Virus record (IMG/VR): IMGVR_UViG_3300032030_000015 | Location: 1-64,000 of that record | Strand: one strand, 5' to 3' | DNA from: a virus | Taxonomy: Duplodnaviria > Caudoviricetes | Length of the DNA stretch: 64,000 nucleotides | Shown: piece by piece, positions 18,664-28,631 of the stretch | Layout of the letters: the number at the start of each line of letters is the position of its first letter | Position numbering within the stretch: the stretch's first letter is position 1 | Made by a program: the position numbers and the translations under genes | Notes under the pieces: model-generated | Databases searched by the model: none | Told to the model about the DNA's origin: nothing | What the model saw: only the letters and a program-made list of their open reading frames with translations

Positions 18664-19194
18664 TTAATCCGTGGAATCCGTGGTTTCTTTCTCGTCCGTT
18701 GTCCTTTCTGCCTGCATGCGGCGGACGATGACGGTGGCGAGGCAGTGCTGCCAGCGCTTTTTGAGTTCGCCGCCACGCCGCTCGATGACATCCAAGCGCT
18801 TGTAGAGTTCCGCCTCCAGGAGTCCGAGCGAGCCGGGACCGCTGAGCGGCAGCGAGGGTTTCTGCAGTTCCTGCTCGACGAACGCCACGAACCGCACGGT
18901 GCGCTGCGTCGCCGCCTCGTGGGCCTGGCGGATGCGGTCGGCCAGTTGGCGGTAGTATTCAACCCCCCTCTCATCCCCCGAGGGGGAAGCCTTGTGACGT
19001 GAAGCCTCCCCTCGGGGAGGTTTGGTGGGGGTTGTCATGTGCTCCAGCAGCGCCTGTGCCGCCAGTTCCGCCTCGTCGGGTTCGGGTGTGAGCGGGGCGG
19101 GGCTGATGCCCTCTATGCGCAGCGGCTGCGGTTTCCTGTCGGGAGAACCGACAGGCACTCTGCGCTTGCGGTGGAAAAGATTCTTGATATTCAT
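18664..19194 (-). CDS. hypothetical protein
   Basis: ORF downstream of portal. Confidence 0.6.
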   Translation of the reverse strand: MNIKNLFHRKRRVPVGSPDRKPQPLRIEGISPAPLTPEPDEAELAAQALLEHMTTPTKPPRGEASRHKASPSGDERGVEYYRQLADRIRQAHEAATQRTVRFVAFVEQELQKPSLPLSGPGSLGLLEAELYKRLDVIERRGGELKKRWQHCLATVIVRRMQAERTTDEKETTDSTD

Positions 19195-19254
19195 AGACTT
19201 GAAACTTTGAACTTGAAACTTGAAACTATCATTTTCGTGACGTCACGAAAATGG

Positions 19255-21060
19255 TCACTTTCCCTCCCCTGCCACGGTCTCGACGATGCCGGTCTTCGAG
19301 TTGTCGAGCGTCGTTAGCGTCTGCTGCTTGATGACCCAGACGCCGTGCTCCGACCATTCGTTGAAGCGGCTGATGTTTTCGAGCAGGTTCAGATAGAGGC
19401 GCTGGTGGATGTTCAGCTGCTGTTGCTTCAGCAGGGTCATCTCGCGCAGGGCGGTGCCGCCGTTAGAGGCAGCCACCATGGGCACGCCCACCAGTCGGGG
19501 GTCAATCTGCAGGGCCAGGAAGATGGGCGAGGTAGAGAGTTCCAACTCCTCCTTGCCGGCCTTTACGGCGTCGTTGGTGGTCTCCTTGATATCCACTATC
19601 TCCACGTTCTTGTGCTCCTTGCCGTCGGGGCCTACCCACATCCACTGACGCATGGCCTTGCCGTTGTTCTCGCGCTGCTGCAGGAACTGCTCCATCGAGT
19701 CCTCCAGTTCGTCGATGAACTTCTGCTGCTCCTCTGGGTTGCCCTGATAGCCCTCGTCGGCAAACACCTGGTCGAGGTAGTCAAGGCTGATATAGATGAT
19801 ACGGCCCCAGGTGGTGTTGTTCTCGCGGGCCTTGTACTTGTCGTAGAGGATGGTGGCCGAGAAGTCGAACGCCTTGGATGTGAAGACGCTCCACCATGCC
19901 GGCTGGGGATAATAAGGCTTGTTGAGCGATGGATAGAACGTCGGGCAGACGATCCACGTCGGGCGGTCCTTTATGCGGGTGCGTTGGTTCGACGATACGA
20001 TGTAGCGCAGGTCTGAGAGCATGTGCTCAGGCATGGCGGCGGGGTATTTCTTGAACGAGCGGTCGGCGGTGGCGGTGGCGGCGGTAGTGGTGGTGCTGCC
20101 CACGGCTCCCTTTGTCCTGAGCGAGCTGCTGTAGAAGCAGTCGTTGATGTGATTATACTCATTGCGGACGCCAAGCCTGGTTCCCCAAGCGGGCAGCATG
20201 GAGATTTGCACGATCTTCGGTTTCCACGCCCCCTTGCGGCCGCGCTGCAGTCCGACGGTGGGGTACGAGATGTCGAGCATCACGTGGTCCTGCATCCACT
20301 TCGAGAACACCAGGTCGATGTTGTTTTCCTCCAGGAACTCCTTCGCCATCGGCACGTGCTCCTTGTCGCCCATCGCGTCCTCCTCGTCGTAGCCGTACCA
20401 GCCGCGCTCCCAGTCCTTCAGCAGTTCGCGGGCCCGCTGGAGTTGCTTCGACTCCTTCTTTTCCCCAAGGCCGATTACAGCGTCCTGTACCGAGCCATCG
20501 CCGTGAGTACGGAACAGCTGGCCGTCTTCCGTCTGCTGCTCTGCCGCCTCCAGTTCGTCCACAATGGCCTGCAGCCGCACGCCGGCATTCTTGAACTCCA
20601 CCAGTTCGCCGTCGGGCATGCGGTACATATACACAGCGCCGAGGGCCGTTATCAGGTCGGCGATATACCGCAGCGGAGCACCCGTGTATGGGCTCGACAT
20701 GGCCAGCGGCGGAATGACTGAAGGGATGTTGTCGGCGGCACCCCACTTCACGTAGTCGCCCAGCGGCTTGCCGTCCTTGTCGGTGACGTGCTCCACGGTG
20801 TCGGTGCGCCCGTCGAACGCCCATGCCACGCGGCTCAGCGGGCCGTTGCTCCACGCCCCGCAGCCCATCGAGGCCGCCATGTCGCTGGCCCCGGCATTGG
20901 CAGCGTCGCCGATAGCCAGGCTGATGTCGCGCACCCTGCCCGGCTTCAGCAGATCCACCGGGACGTACCGCTTCGACATGAGTTGGTTGTGGAGCTTGTT
21001 GAACTCGCTCTGTGTGCGGGGCTTGTGAATGTTCCCCTGATTGCTATTCTTCTTTGTCAT
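19255..21060 (-). CDS. phage portal protein (putative)
   Basis: 601 aa next to terminase; YVKWGAADNIP, YYPQPAWWS, SNGGTALRE as in Bacteroidetes phage portals. Confidence 0.7.
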   Translation of the reverse strand: MTKKNSNQGNIHKPRTQSEFNKLHNQLMSKRYVPVDLLKPGRVRDISLAIGDAANAGASDMAASMGCGAWSNGPLSRVAWAFDGRTDTVEHVTDKDGKPLGDYVKWGAADNIPSVIPPLAMSSPYTGAPLRYIADLITALGAVYMYRMPDGELVEFKNAGVRLQAIVDELEAAEQQTEDGQLFRTHGDGSVQDAVIGLGEKKESKQLQRARELLKDWERGWYGYDEEDAMGDKEHVPMAKEFLEENNIDLVFSKWMQDHVMLDISYPTVGLQRGRKGAWKPKIVQISMLPAWGTRLGVRNEYNHINDCFYSSSLRTKGAVGSTTTTAATATADRSFKKYPAAMPEHMLSDLRYIVSSNQRTRIKDRPTWIVCPTFYPSLNKPYYPQPAWWSVFTSKAFDFSATILYDKYKARENNTTWGRIIYISLDYLDQVFADEGYQGNPEEQQKFIDELEDSMEQFLQQRENNGKAMRQWMWVGPDGKEHKNVEIVDIKETTNDAVKAGKEELELSTSPIFLALQIDPRLVGVPMVAASNGGTALREMTLLKQQQLNIHQRLYLNLLENISRFNEWSEHGVWVIKQQTLTTLDNSKTGIVETVAGEGK

Positions 21061-21132
21061 AGCCTAATTCGTGTTTGTGTTTGTGTCTGCAAGATACTGC
21101 GCGGCGGGCGCGAAATCAAGGGCAGCGGGTAC

Positions 21133-23052
21133 TTAATGCGGTATTATCAGATTCTGGAATCTCCCTCTGAGTCTGCCGCCGATGGCCTTTGCGCCGTTGG
21201 TGAAGAAGCGGCAGCCTATGAGCAGCGTGTCAAAGGCGTCGGTCACGTCGGTTCTGATACGGGGGTCGATGCTGCCCTCTGCGCCCTCGGTCTTGGCCCG
21301 GAGCTTCTCGCCTCCTTTATACTTGCGTATGCCTGTGGCGGTCTGTTCGCAGGCACAGTTCTCCATGGCCGTTATCAGGTACTCGTTGCGGTCTTCATCG
21401 GCGTTTATCCTTACTGCAGGTCCCTGCTGGAAACTGAAAACGTCGCAGATGAACTGGAACTTCTGGTTGTGTTTCATGGGCGAGCCGATGTCAACGGGGA
21501 TGACGTTGGCACCGTGACGCTTCAGCTCCTCGATGACCACGTCGTTGAAGTTCTGCGCCCGCGCTCCCTCCACGGCGTAGGCCAGCGACGCGCCCTGTTT
21601 GGCCGTACTGTCAAAGTAGTAGATGAAGTCGCCGCCGCGTTCGATGAAGGGTTTATAGTAAGAACAGATATTGCGGCAAAGGGCACGGATCTTCTGCTCG
21701 TTCATGGTGAACATGCTCTTGAGTACGAGCAGCGATTCGCGTCCTTCAAACTTAGTCAGCTGGCCAAGTACGGCGCAATTCAGATTGGCGTTGTAGTCGA
21801 AGGCGAGCCTGATGGGAAGTTTGTAGTCCAGGTCCAAGTCCAGGCTGCAGTCGTTCACCAGCGAGGTGCGCGTCAGGTCGATGGCGTCGTACTCCACGGC
21901 GGTAGGGTTGTGAGCCTGGTCGAGGGCGGTGCGGCTGTAGCGGGTGGTGTAGTCCGACATCAGCTTGTCCATCACAGAAATATCAGACTGGTGGTAGCAA
22001 TGGATTGACTGGTCGAAATTGCAGTAGTAGCCATCCTTCGCCAATCCCTTGCGCTGGCCGAGAATTTGGATGTTGTACATAATGGGCGGCAGGGTGCGGC
22101 GCATAGTTCTGAACCATTCTTCACCCAGAATCTCGATGTTGCTCAGGCTGCTGAAACGGAAGAATATCTTGCTCTTGCAGCGCAGTTCGTTGATGCGCTT
22201 CAGGAATCCGTCCACATGCCACAGCTCCGGCATCTCGTCGGCTTCAGCCAGCATCAGGTCTATCTCATGGTTGATATCGACGGTCTGATCGTTTTCCTCC
22301 TGTTCCCAGAGAGCCTGTTTCTGTGTGATGGACGGGTCGCTGACGAAGAACTTCGAGAGGTACAGGGGGTTGTAGTCCACGTTGTAGCCGAAGGTGTACT
22401 TGGCGGTATTGCGGAATCCGTCGCCCATCAGTCCGCTGCCCTTGGCGATAAGCTCGGGGCGTATGGCGGGAAACAGTTCCTCCTTCATCTTCAGGAACGG
22501 CAGATAGCGCGTCTCGTCGGCGGCGGCGCTGGAGAGCGTCATACCGTTCACACTGGCGCGTACTGCCATCGAAATCGAATACCAGGCTGCACCTGTGCTG
22601 AAGATGGTGACGTTTTCCCATGAGCGGGGCTTGCTCAACGGCAATGGCCAGTGGAGTTTTGCGGGCGGTCTCTGACGCAAGAAGTCACGCCCCTCTACCA
22701 ACCCCATCATCTCCAGACCCTTCACCACGGCGGGCCACGTCTTGATATAGAGCTGCTTGATGCTGCAACCTAAGAATACGTTGCTGCTGCGAGGGATGCG
22801 CAGCGACGTCTCCTTCACATGCTCGGCGATGTCGGTGGTCTTACCTGTACCACGCCCTGCCACCTCGTATGTCTCACGGCAACGGTAGCGTCGACGTTTT
22901 GACTGCGCTTCGTTCTCATAGACGTATCGCTGGTTGGGCAGTTCTTGCTCCCCTCGCTCATCGTCGCCGTCGGCCGTCGGTTCGGCCAATGGAAGCATAC
23001 GCCCCAGGGCGGCGTCGCTGTCGTTGTCGGAAAATCCTATCCTGCTCATCAC
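21133..23052 (-). CDS. terL: terminase large subunit
   Basis: Walker A AGRGTGKT, Walker B AAADE, nuclease AFDYN and DVTDAFD. Confidence 0.85.
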   Translation of the reverse strand: MMSRIGFSDNDSDAALGRMLPLAEPTADGDDERGEQELPNQRYVYENEAQSKRRRYRCRETYEVAGRGTGKTTDIAEHVKETSLRIPRSSNVFLGCSIKQLYIKTWPAVVKGLEMMGLVEGRDFLRQRPPAKLHWPLPLSKPRSWENVTIFSTGAAWYSISMAVRASVNGMTLSSAAADETRYLPFLKMKEELFPAIRPELIAKGSGLMGDGFRNTAKYTFGYNVDYNPLYLSKFFVSDPSITQKQALWEQEENDQTVDINHEIDLMLAEADEMPELWHVDGFLKRINELRCKSKIFFRFSSLSNIEILGEEWFRTMRRTLPPIMYNIQILGQRKGLAKDGYYCNFDQSIHCYHQSDISVMDKLMSDYTTRYSRTALDQAHNPTAVEYDAIDLTRTSLVNDCSLDLDLDYKLPIRLAFDYNANLNCAVLGQLTKFEGRESLLVLKSMFTMNEQKIRALCRNICSYYKPFIERGGDFIYYFDSTAKQGASLAYAVEGARAQNFNDVVIEELKRHGANVIPVDIGSPMKHNQKFQFICDVFSFQQGPAVRINADEDRNEYLITAMENCACEQTATGIRKYKGGEKLRAKTEGAEGSIDPRIRTDVTDAFDTLLIGCRFFTNGAKAIGGRLRGRFQNLIIPH

Positions 23053-23753
23053 TCGTCCTCCCTCATTTCCATTGCTTCTGCTGATTCCTCGCCAGTCTGC
23101 TCACCGGCCGCAATGGGCTGTGCGCCGGCAGGCTTGCCGTCCTTGTCCACCACCAGTCCGTGCTCGTCGATGTGTGCGCCCCACTTGTTGGCCAGTTCCA
23201 AACGGCGCTGGGCACTGATGCGCTTGCGGTTCGGATCTACCTTCGTCACGTCGGTGGTCGGTATCAGCTCGGAGTACGATGCCTCGTTGATGCGGTTGGG
23301 GTCTTCCTCCTCGCGGTCCAGTCCGCCGTACTTGTACTGCTGCTTCAGTCCCATGTCCACCGCGTGCCAGTCGCTGGCGTCCAGTCCGCCCAGTATCATG
23401 CGCTGTGCAGTATGCAGTCCACGGTACTGCAGCGTCTTGCGCGACGGCAGTTTCAGGAAGTTGTCCTGCACCCACTCAAACCATGCAGCATCCTTCTTCG
23501 CGGCGTTCAGCAGGTCGCCTGCATCCTGACGGTTGCCAAGCCGGTTACGCTCGTCCTTCAGCATCGACCGCGACAGTTCCAGCGGGTTCACATACGGGTT
23601 CTGCAGCCATGCCATGTAGATGGCCTTCACTCGTGTCAGCCGTGCCTTCTGCGGACGGGTAATGTCGAGGTCCACGATGGGCACGTCCATCTGGAAGTGG
23701 AGCGCCATACCACGCTTCACCTCGTCGGGTATGTTATACAGGAAGTTTGCCAT
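23049..23753 (-). CDS. terminase small subunit (putative)
   Basis: Position: ATGA overlap immediately upstream of terL. Confidence 0.5.
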   Translation of the reverse strand: MANFLYNIPDEVKRGMALHFQMDVPIVDLDITRPQKARLTRVKAIYMAWLQNPYVNPLELSRSMLKDERNRLGNRQDAGDLLNAAKKDAAWFEWVQDNFLKLPSRKTLQYRGLHTAQRMILGGLDASDWHAVDMGLKQQYKYGGLDREEEDPNRINEASYSELIPTTDVTKVDPNRKRISAQRRLELANKWGAHIDEHGLVVDKDGKPAGAQPIAAGEQTGEESAEAMEMREDE

Positions 23754-23810
23754 TGTCGTCTCTTTCGTTTTTGTGTTGTGTCAGTGTGCCTCGCGGTTTT
23801 GCCGCGATGG

Positions 23811-24644
23811 TTAAATGCTCGCCAGGAACCGCTCCCACTCCTTACTGTCGCTCAGGCCCTTGGTCTGCACGCCCTTGGTGGTGAACAGCGGGCCGTTGTT
23901 CCAGCCGATGATGCCGGGGCAGAGTTTGCCGCTGACGTCATAATGGCGGATGACGTTCTCCTTCGGGATATTGTACGTCTTCATCAAGTGGCGCACCAGG
24001 CGGCGGGCCTGTTCCAGCGCACGGTCCGAGAGCGTCCAGCCCTCGTGGTTGGGCATGCTGGCCGACGTGCCTGCACGGAGCGTCGAGCAGATCTCAATCG
24101 AGATGGTGTTGCGGTTCACGGCCTTGCCGTAGAGCCTGCCGCCGCCGGTCCACTTGTTCCTGGCGTCGCCCACCGCCCAGCAGTAGTAGTTGCGCAGGTC
24201 GGGGTTCACCTGTACGATGGTCTCGTCGTCCACGCAGAAGTCTGCGCTGGCCTGTCGCTGCAGGAACACGTTCCGCGCCTGCATCGCCTGCCCCTTGCGG
24301 CTCGACGACCCGGCGGTGTAGTGGATGGCGATGTACCGCAGCGGGCGCTTCTGACAGCGGGTGATGTGCTGCCAGATGAATCCGTTGGTTATCTGCGGTG
24401 CGTCGCCCCGGGCCGATGCCGTGCCCATCGCCAGCACCTCGCGCAGTTTTGCCATGGTCACGGGTCCCACCACGCCGTCGTTGCCGATGTGTCTGGAAAT
24501 CTGGAACGCCTTGACAGCCGCCTCCGTCTTACGTCCGAAGTCGCCATCGACGCTCACCTGATACCCTGCCAGCCGGAGCGCCAGTTGGATGTCGCTCACG
24601 GCGTCGCCCCGGCTTCCGAGTCTGTAGATTGTTGTTGTTGCCAT
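23811..24644 (-). CDS. endolysin: peptidoglycan-binding domain plus Amidase_2
   Basis: GSRGDAV..IQ..L...DGDFG..TE.AV..FQ; IAIHYT, SIEIC, IRHYDVSGKLCP. Confidence 0.9.
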   Translation of the reverse strand: MATTTIYRLGSRGDAVSDIQLALRLAGYQVSVDGDFGRKTEAAVKAFQISRHIGNDGVVGPVTMAKLREVLAMGTASARGDAPQITNGFIWQHITRCQKRPLRYIAIHYTAGSSSRKGQAMQARNVFLQRQASADFCVDDETIVQVNPDLRNYYCWAVGDARNKWTGGGRLYGKAVNRNTISIEICSTLRAGTSASMPNHEGWTLSDRALEQARRLVRHLMKTYNIPKENVIRHYDVSGKLCPGIIGWNNGPLFTTKGVQTKGLSDSKEWERFLASI

Positions 24645-24703
24645 ATTGTCTGTTATGTGTTAATGTGTTGTCTGTTTTGTTTACATTTCGGGTCTTTCGC
24701 CAG

Positions 24704-24950
24704 ACCTGCCCTCAGAGGGCTTCCCAGACCGACCCTCGGTTGGATTGGCAACCCGACCCTCGGTTGGTTTCCCTATCCGACCCTCGGTCGGCTTCCAGAG
24801 GCCGTTTTCAGGGGTCACGCCGTGGAGCATCCGATTTCTTGACAGGTTTCCGCACAGCCCCCTACCATACCTTTTTAATAAGAGTCCCCCTGGGGTTCTT
24901 ACCAAGAGTCCTCCCACCCTTTTTAGTGGGTGCCCTCCGAAAGGGGGTCC
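24704..24950. repeat. degenerate 24-bp tandem repeats upstream of endolysin
   Basis: CCGACCCTCGGT x3 plus one degenerate copy at 24-bp period; AAGAGTCC x2 at 24-bp period. Confidence 0.65.
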
Positions 24951-25363
24951 TATTTCTTGATAGACTGCTTGTCTAATATCCCGCTGTCCTCAAACCATTT
25001 CTCGATACGCTTCCAGTCCACGTATGGACGTGGCGACTGGGTGTCGTCGTAGATGAGAGGCACACCGAGGGCGTGGTCGTCAATAATCAGGTCGAGTCGT
25101 GGCTTGGCCGTGATGGCATTGCATCGAGGATTCTCGTTGATGCCGATGTAGGGGATGTCGTTCTCTACGAACCATGCGAGCATTTCGGCGAAGCGCTGCT
25201 TGGCGGGACCTACCTCGTTGGGGCTGACGGATGTCATCAGCACGAACTCATGGCCTTTTGCCAGCAACCGCTTCAACACGGGCACTGCTCCGATATCCTT
25301 ACCGATGCTGTAGGGGTAGTCATACGACATCAGCGTTCCGTTGAAATCAAGTCCGATAACCAT
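24950..25363 (-). CDS. HAD-like hydrolase, copy 2
   Basis: 4 substitutions versus 9397-9801 over the first 132 aa. Confidence 0.75.
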   Translation of the reverse strand: MVIGLDFNGTLMSYDYPYSIGKDIGAVPVLKRLLAKGHEFVLMTSVSPNEVGPAKQRFAEMLAWFVENDIPYIGINENPRCNAITAKPRLDLIIDDHALGVPLIYDDTQSPRPYVDWKRIEKWFEDSGILDKQSIKK

Positions 25364-25366
25364 AGC

Positions 25367-25897
25367 CTAAATCATATTCGACCTGATGTCGGTTTCCAAC
25401 TGTCGGATGCGCTCCTGGCAGTCGTGGATAATTTTCTCGTAGTCCATCTTACTGGTGTCGGTAGCCTTGTGACGCAGCACACGCTTCACGATGTCGGCAT
25501 CCCATGGGTTCAGATTGTACTCCTGCCATATCGCCCACGGCTGGATGACGTGCTGCGAATAGTCGCTGGCTCCTACGTTTGTGCGGCGCACCTCGTTGGG
25601 GATGATGCCTAGTTTCAGCAACTTCTGATAGAGGTCGATGTCGATATACTCGCCACCCTTCATCGGGGCAGGTTCCTCGGCAGCCTCCTGTAGTGCTGCA
25701 TCCTTTTCGAGCAACAGCATCGTGATGCCGTCCTCGGCTGTTACTACATATACGTTGTCTCTTCCGTCCCAGAAACGGAACTCCACCCGCAGACTGTCTG
25801 AATACTGCTTGTCGGGGTTTGCTGGCGAACTGATAGATGTGACGTCGCTGCCGCCAAGTTTCAGCAAGTCACCGATGTTAAAACTATATCCGTGCAT
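25367..25897 (-). CDS. protein with C-terminal DUF3310-like domain
   Basis: NVGASDYSQHVIQPW...DIVKRVLRHK...DYEKIIH. Confidence 0.65.
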   Translation of the reverse strand: MHGYSFNIGDLLKLGGSDVTSISSPANPDKQYSDSLRVEFRFWDGRDNVYVVTAEDGITMLLLEKDAALQEAAEEPAPMKGGEYIDIDLYQKLLKLGIIPNEVRRTNVGASDYSQHVIQPWAIWQEYNLNPWDADIVKRVLRHKATDTSKMDYEKIIHDCQERIRQLETDIRSNMI

Positions 25898-26068
25898 AAT
25901 CGTTCAATTCTTTCCGTTTTATTTCCAGCGGCCGCACCGAGGATAACAAGGCGGCGCGACCGCTGGTTGTCTGTTTCCGAAATATAGCGTCGCCGGCGGT
26001 TTTAGAGACCGTCGAGCCTTTGTGGGGATGGGATACAGGCCCGATAAGACCTGCGAAGCCCATCCCCG

Positions 26069-26830
26069 TTACTCTCGCGGGAAGGCAGGGTCGTAATCTC
26101 TGATCTCGCCTGTCACCGCGTCGATGAACAGCACGTCGTCCACGTCGCCGAAAGTCCACTGAGGGTTACAGTCCTTGGGGCCAACGGGAAGGCGCAGAAT
26201 GATAAAGTTGCAGTCCTTGGGAAGAATACCATTGGGCTTCGCCCCACCCTGCTCACGCTCGGCAGAACTGGAGCTGGCTCCGTTCTGCTCTCGCTTAATC
26301 GCAGCGTTATACTCTTTCAGCCGTGAGAGCGCCTGCTCGGCAGAAATCTTAATCGGCTGGTCGCTCATGTCGGCATCCTCAATCCAGACATCGTTAATAG
26401 GGTACGGAATCTGCACACCATACTTCACGTGCGAGTTGATGTACTGCACCATCGGCCCTTTCTGGCTGTCCCAATAGAAAAAGACATCGTTCACAGCCAC
26501 CACATGCAGGTCGTCGATGTTTTCCATCGTCACCGTGTCGTTCAGTATCACGCGGCTGTTGCGCCACTGGTACTTGCCATTCAGGGCAATCGTGTGCCCC
26601 TCGTCCTGCAGGTGCTGAATCAGCCCGTACATCGTCTGGCGGTGCAGCGCCTGGATGTTAGCCACGCCGGCGGTAAAGTCCTGCACCACCCCGTCGTAGT
26701 CATGGTACACCACCGCAGCAGCCTCGCCGCCGCCACTCTTCGTCTCACTCTTGCAGCCTTTACACCCGGTAAAGACTGCGGCCGTCGCCAGCATCATCAC
26801 CGCCAGCAGGCCCAAAAGAATCTTCTTCAT
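26069..26830 (-). CDS. lipoprotein carrying an in-frame 75-nt element
   Basis: Signal peptide with VFTGC lipobox; insertion AAIKREQ...AKPN. Confidence 0.7.
   Translation of the reverse strand: MKKILLGLLAVMMLATAAVFTGCKGCKSETKSGGGEAAAVVYHDYDGVVQDFTAGVANIQALHRQTMYGLIQHLQDEGHTIALNGKYQWRNSRVILNDTVTMENIDDLHVVAVNDVFFYWDSQKGPMVQYINSHVKYGVQIPYPINDVWIEDADMSDQPIKISAEQALSRLKEYNAAIKREQNGASSSSAEREQGGAKPNGILPKDCNFIILRLPVGPKDCNPQWTFGDVDDVLFIDAVTGEIRDYDPAFPRE
26231..26305 (-). mobile_element. 75-nt palindromic element inserted in frame
   Basis: GCTGCGATTAAGCGAGAGCAG...GCCGAGCGTGAGCAGG; encodes 25 aa. Confidence 0.7.
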
Positions 26831-26879
26831 CTTTTCGTTACGTTTTTTTTGATTGTTAATAATATGTCATTGAATGACG

Positions 26880-27140
26880 TTAATTCACTGTTTCGGAGAC
26901 CTCGCTGCACATCCGCTTCGACTCCTTGCGGACAGCCTTGACGGCCTTGTGCTTCTCCATGTTGTTCATCGTGCTGCGACCGTAGAGTTTGCCGTGCTTC
27001 AGCATTCTCATCCACCGCTCCTTGTCGGCCATGTCAACCCAACTGGCGAATGAGTCCCGCCTGTGGTCCAGCCGGAACCAAAGTTTTGCCCTGCTGACAA
27101 ACTTCGCCGCCGTCGTATTTCTTCTCTGTGCTCTGTTCAT
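26880..27140 (-). CDS. hypothetical protein
   Basis: ORF in operon. Confidence 0.6.
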   Translation of the reverse strand: MNRAQRRNTTAAKFVSRAKLWFRLDHRRDSFASWVDMADKERWMRMLKHGKLYGRSTMNNMEKHKAVKAVRKESKRMCSEVSETVN

Positions 27141-27144
27141 GTTG

Positions 27145-27501
27145 TCAGTCCTCCTTCTGCTTTACATTAAACCCTGCCGCCCAGTCGATGACGTTCATGT
27201 CGATGTACGTCTGCCCCATGAAGATGGTATAGACGATGCGACCGTTGGGCTTTTCGCCGGGCTGCGACTTCTCGTAGGGCCGGCGGAAGTTCGGCTCGTT
27301 GGTATCGGTAAACCGCTGTGCCAGTTCGTCGGCGCTCGTATGGTTCTCCACCCACGGCATCGCCATCAGGTCGAGGTCATGCACCACCGATCCATGCACG
27401 GCAATCGCCCAGCCGCACTCGGCGGCTATCCGTCGCAGTTTCTCAAACTGGAATATCCAGAACACTGCGTTGTTGTCTTCAAGTTTCTTCAAATCAAACA
27501 T
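27145..27501 (-). CDS. minimal nucleotidyltransferase-fold-like phage protein
   Basis: AVHGSVVHDLDL (GS...DxD) motif. Confidence 0.5.
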   Translation of the reverse strand: MFDLKKLEDNNAVFWIFQFEKLRRIAAECGWAIAVHGSVVHDLDLMAMPWVENHTSADELAQRFTDTNEPNFRRPYEKSQPGEKPNGRIVYTIFMGQTYIDMNVIDWAAGFNVKQKED

Positions 27502-27507
27502 AATTCA

Positions 27508-27855
27508 TCATTCATTTTCGTTATACTCCTCCGCCTCCTGCCACCCCGTATCAGGCTCGAAGCCGTCCTTCTCTTTTAAATACATCACCCTTTGCCCTCC
27601 CATCATCTGCCATCGGAATCCGAGGTCGATCAGTTTCTTCTCCGCCGCAGGCCACGGGTCGCCGATGTCGATGCTCGCCCGCAGTCCCATCGCGTCGCGC
27701 AGCCTGCCGACGTCCATCACCTCCACGCCCAGGTCGAACCTCGGCCACGGCAGCCACTGCTCCGCGAACGCCATCACCGCCGCCTTGATATTCTCCTCAG
27801 CCGCCTCGATGTCCGTCACCTTCTTCGGCGCTTTCTCCTCGTCGTTCTGTGCCAT
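27508..27855 (-). CDS. hypothetical protein
   Basis: ORF in operon, start MAQND. Confidence 0.65.
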   Translation of the reverse strand: MAQNDEEKAPKKVTDIEAAEENIKAAVMAFAEQWLPWPRFDLGVEVMDVGRLRDAMGLRASIDIGDPWPAAEKKLIDLGFRWQMMGGQRVMYLKEKDGFEPDTGWQEAEEYNENE

Positions 27856-27860
27856 AGCCC

Positions 27861-28097
27861 TCAATGCCTCCTAATCTTTTCAGTTGATATACTCGTCACG
27901 CTCACGGCATACACCGGCCTCGCCGTTATCGTCACCTTGTCCGACCACTCCTCACAGTGCATCCGTCGGTTCACGCGGATGTCGTTCAGCGTGCATCGGC
28001 TATACTCGCGCCCCGTCGCCGGCTCAATCGTGATTGCCCTCAAAGAGCAGTTCATGCAGTTCTTCTCCATAGCGGTAGCAAATTCTTCATTCTTCAC
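27861..28097 (-). CDS. small Cys-rich hypothetical protein
   Basis: CMNC...C...C pattern. Confidence 0.45.
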   Translation of the reverse strand: MKNEEFATAMEKNCMNCSLRAITIEPATGREYSRCTLNDIRVNRRMHCEEWSDKVTITARPVYAVSVTSISTEKIRRH

Positions 28098-28109
28098 TCT
28101 TCACTTAAA

Positions 28110-28628
28110 TCAGCACTCGCAGTCGCTGTCATACAAATCCTCATTCACACACAGGTTCAGCGGCTCTTCGCGCTCTATCTGCACCTGCACCGCGTACCAT
28201 CCGTTCTCGTATGGCCCGGCGCTGTCTATCATCAGGTAGGCGTCGTCGAGGGCGATCCTTGCGAAGTCGCCGTCGATGTTATCGGCCACCTCTTTCTCGT
28301 GCTTGTCGAGCAGCCACGTCAGGAAGTTCTGCGCATGAGCCCATGCCATCTCCATCGCCACGGCCGCTTCCTCGCCCGACGCCTGCTTCTCGGCCCTCAC
28401 GAAGAAGCAGACGGGGTAGTTGCGCTTCGGCCGCTTGATGGGTCCGTCGCCCTCTATGCCTCCGAACATCATCACAAACGGCGACTCCTTGTTGCATACA
28501 TACTGCGCCATGTCCGCCGGGTTCATCGGCTTCTCCGACAGGTAAAACCGCTTGTTCCCCTTCTTCGGGTTGTGCCGCATGTATTTGTACAGCCTGCACC
28601 ACTGCTCTACGATACTGTGAAATGTCAT
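28110..28628 (-). CDS. phage hypothetical protein (possible tail-completion type)
   Basis: 172 aa; function inferred only loosely from size and pattern. Confidence 0.55.
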   Translation of the reverse strand: MTFHSIVEQWCRLYKYMRHNPKKGNKRFYLSEKPMNPADMAQYVCNKESPFVMMFGGIEGDGPIKRPKRNYPVCFFVRAEKQASGEEAAVAMEMAWAHAQNFLTWLLDKHEKEVADNIDGDFARIALDDAYLMIDSAGPYENGWYAVQVQIEREEPLNLCVNEDLYDSDCEC

Positions 28629-28631
28629 AGT

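Noticed and set aside
5293-24842. Long plus-strand ORFs such as 5293-7011, 20788-22008 and 23160-24842
   Set aside because: Antisense shadows of GC3-rich minus-strand genes with recognisable motifs.
24681-24917. 78-aa ORF with KPTEGR repeats
   Set aside because: Weak start and no leader; probably a by-product of the DNA repeat.
25990-26030. Possible amber-suppressor anticodon arm (CGGT-CTCTAAA-ACCG on minus)
   Set aside because: No acceptor stem, D-arm or TTCG T-loop could be assembled.
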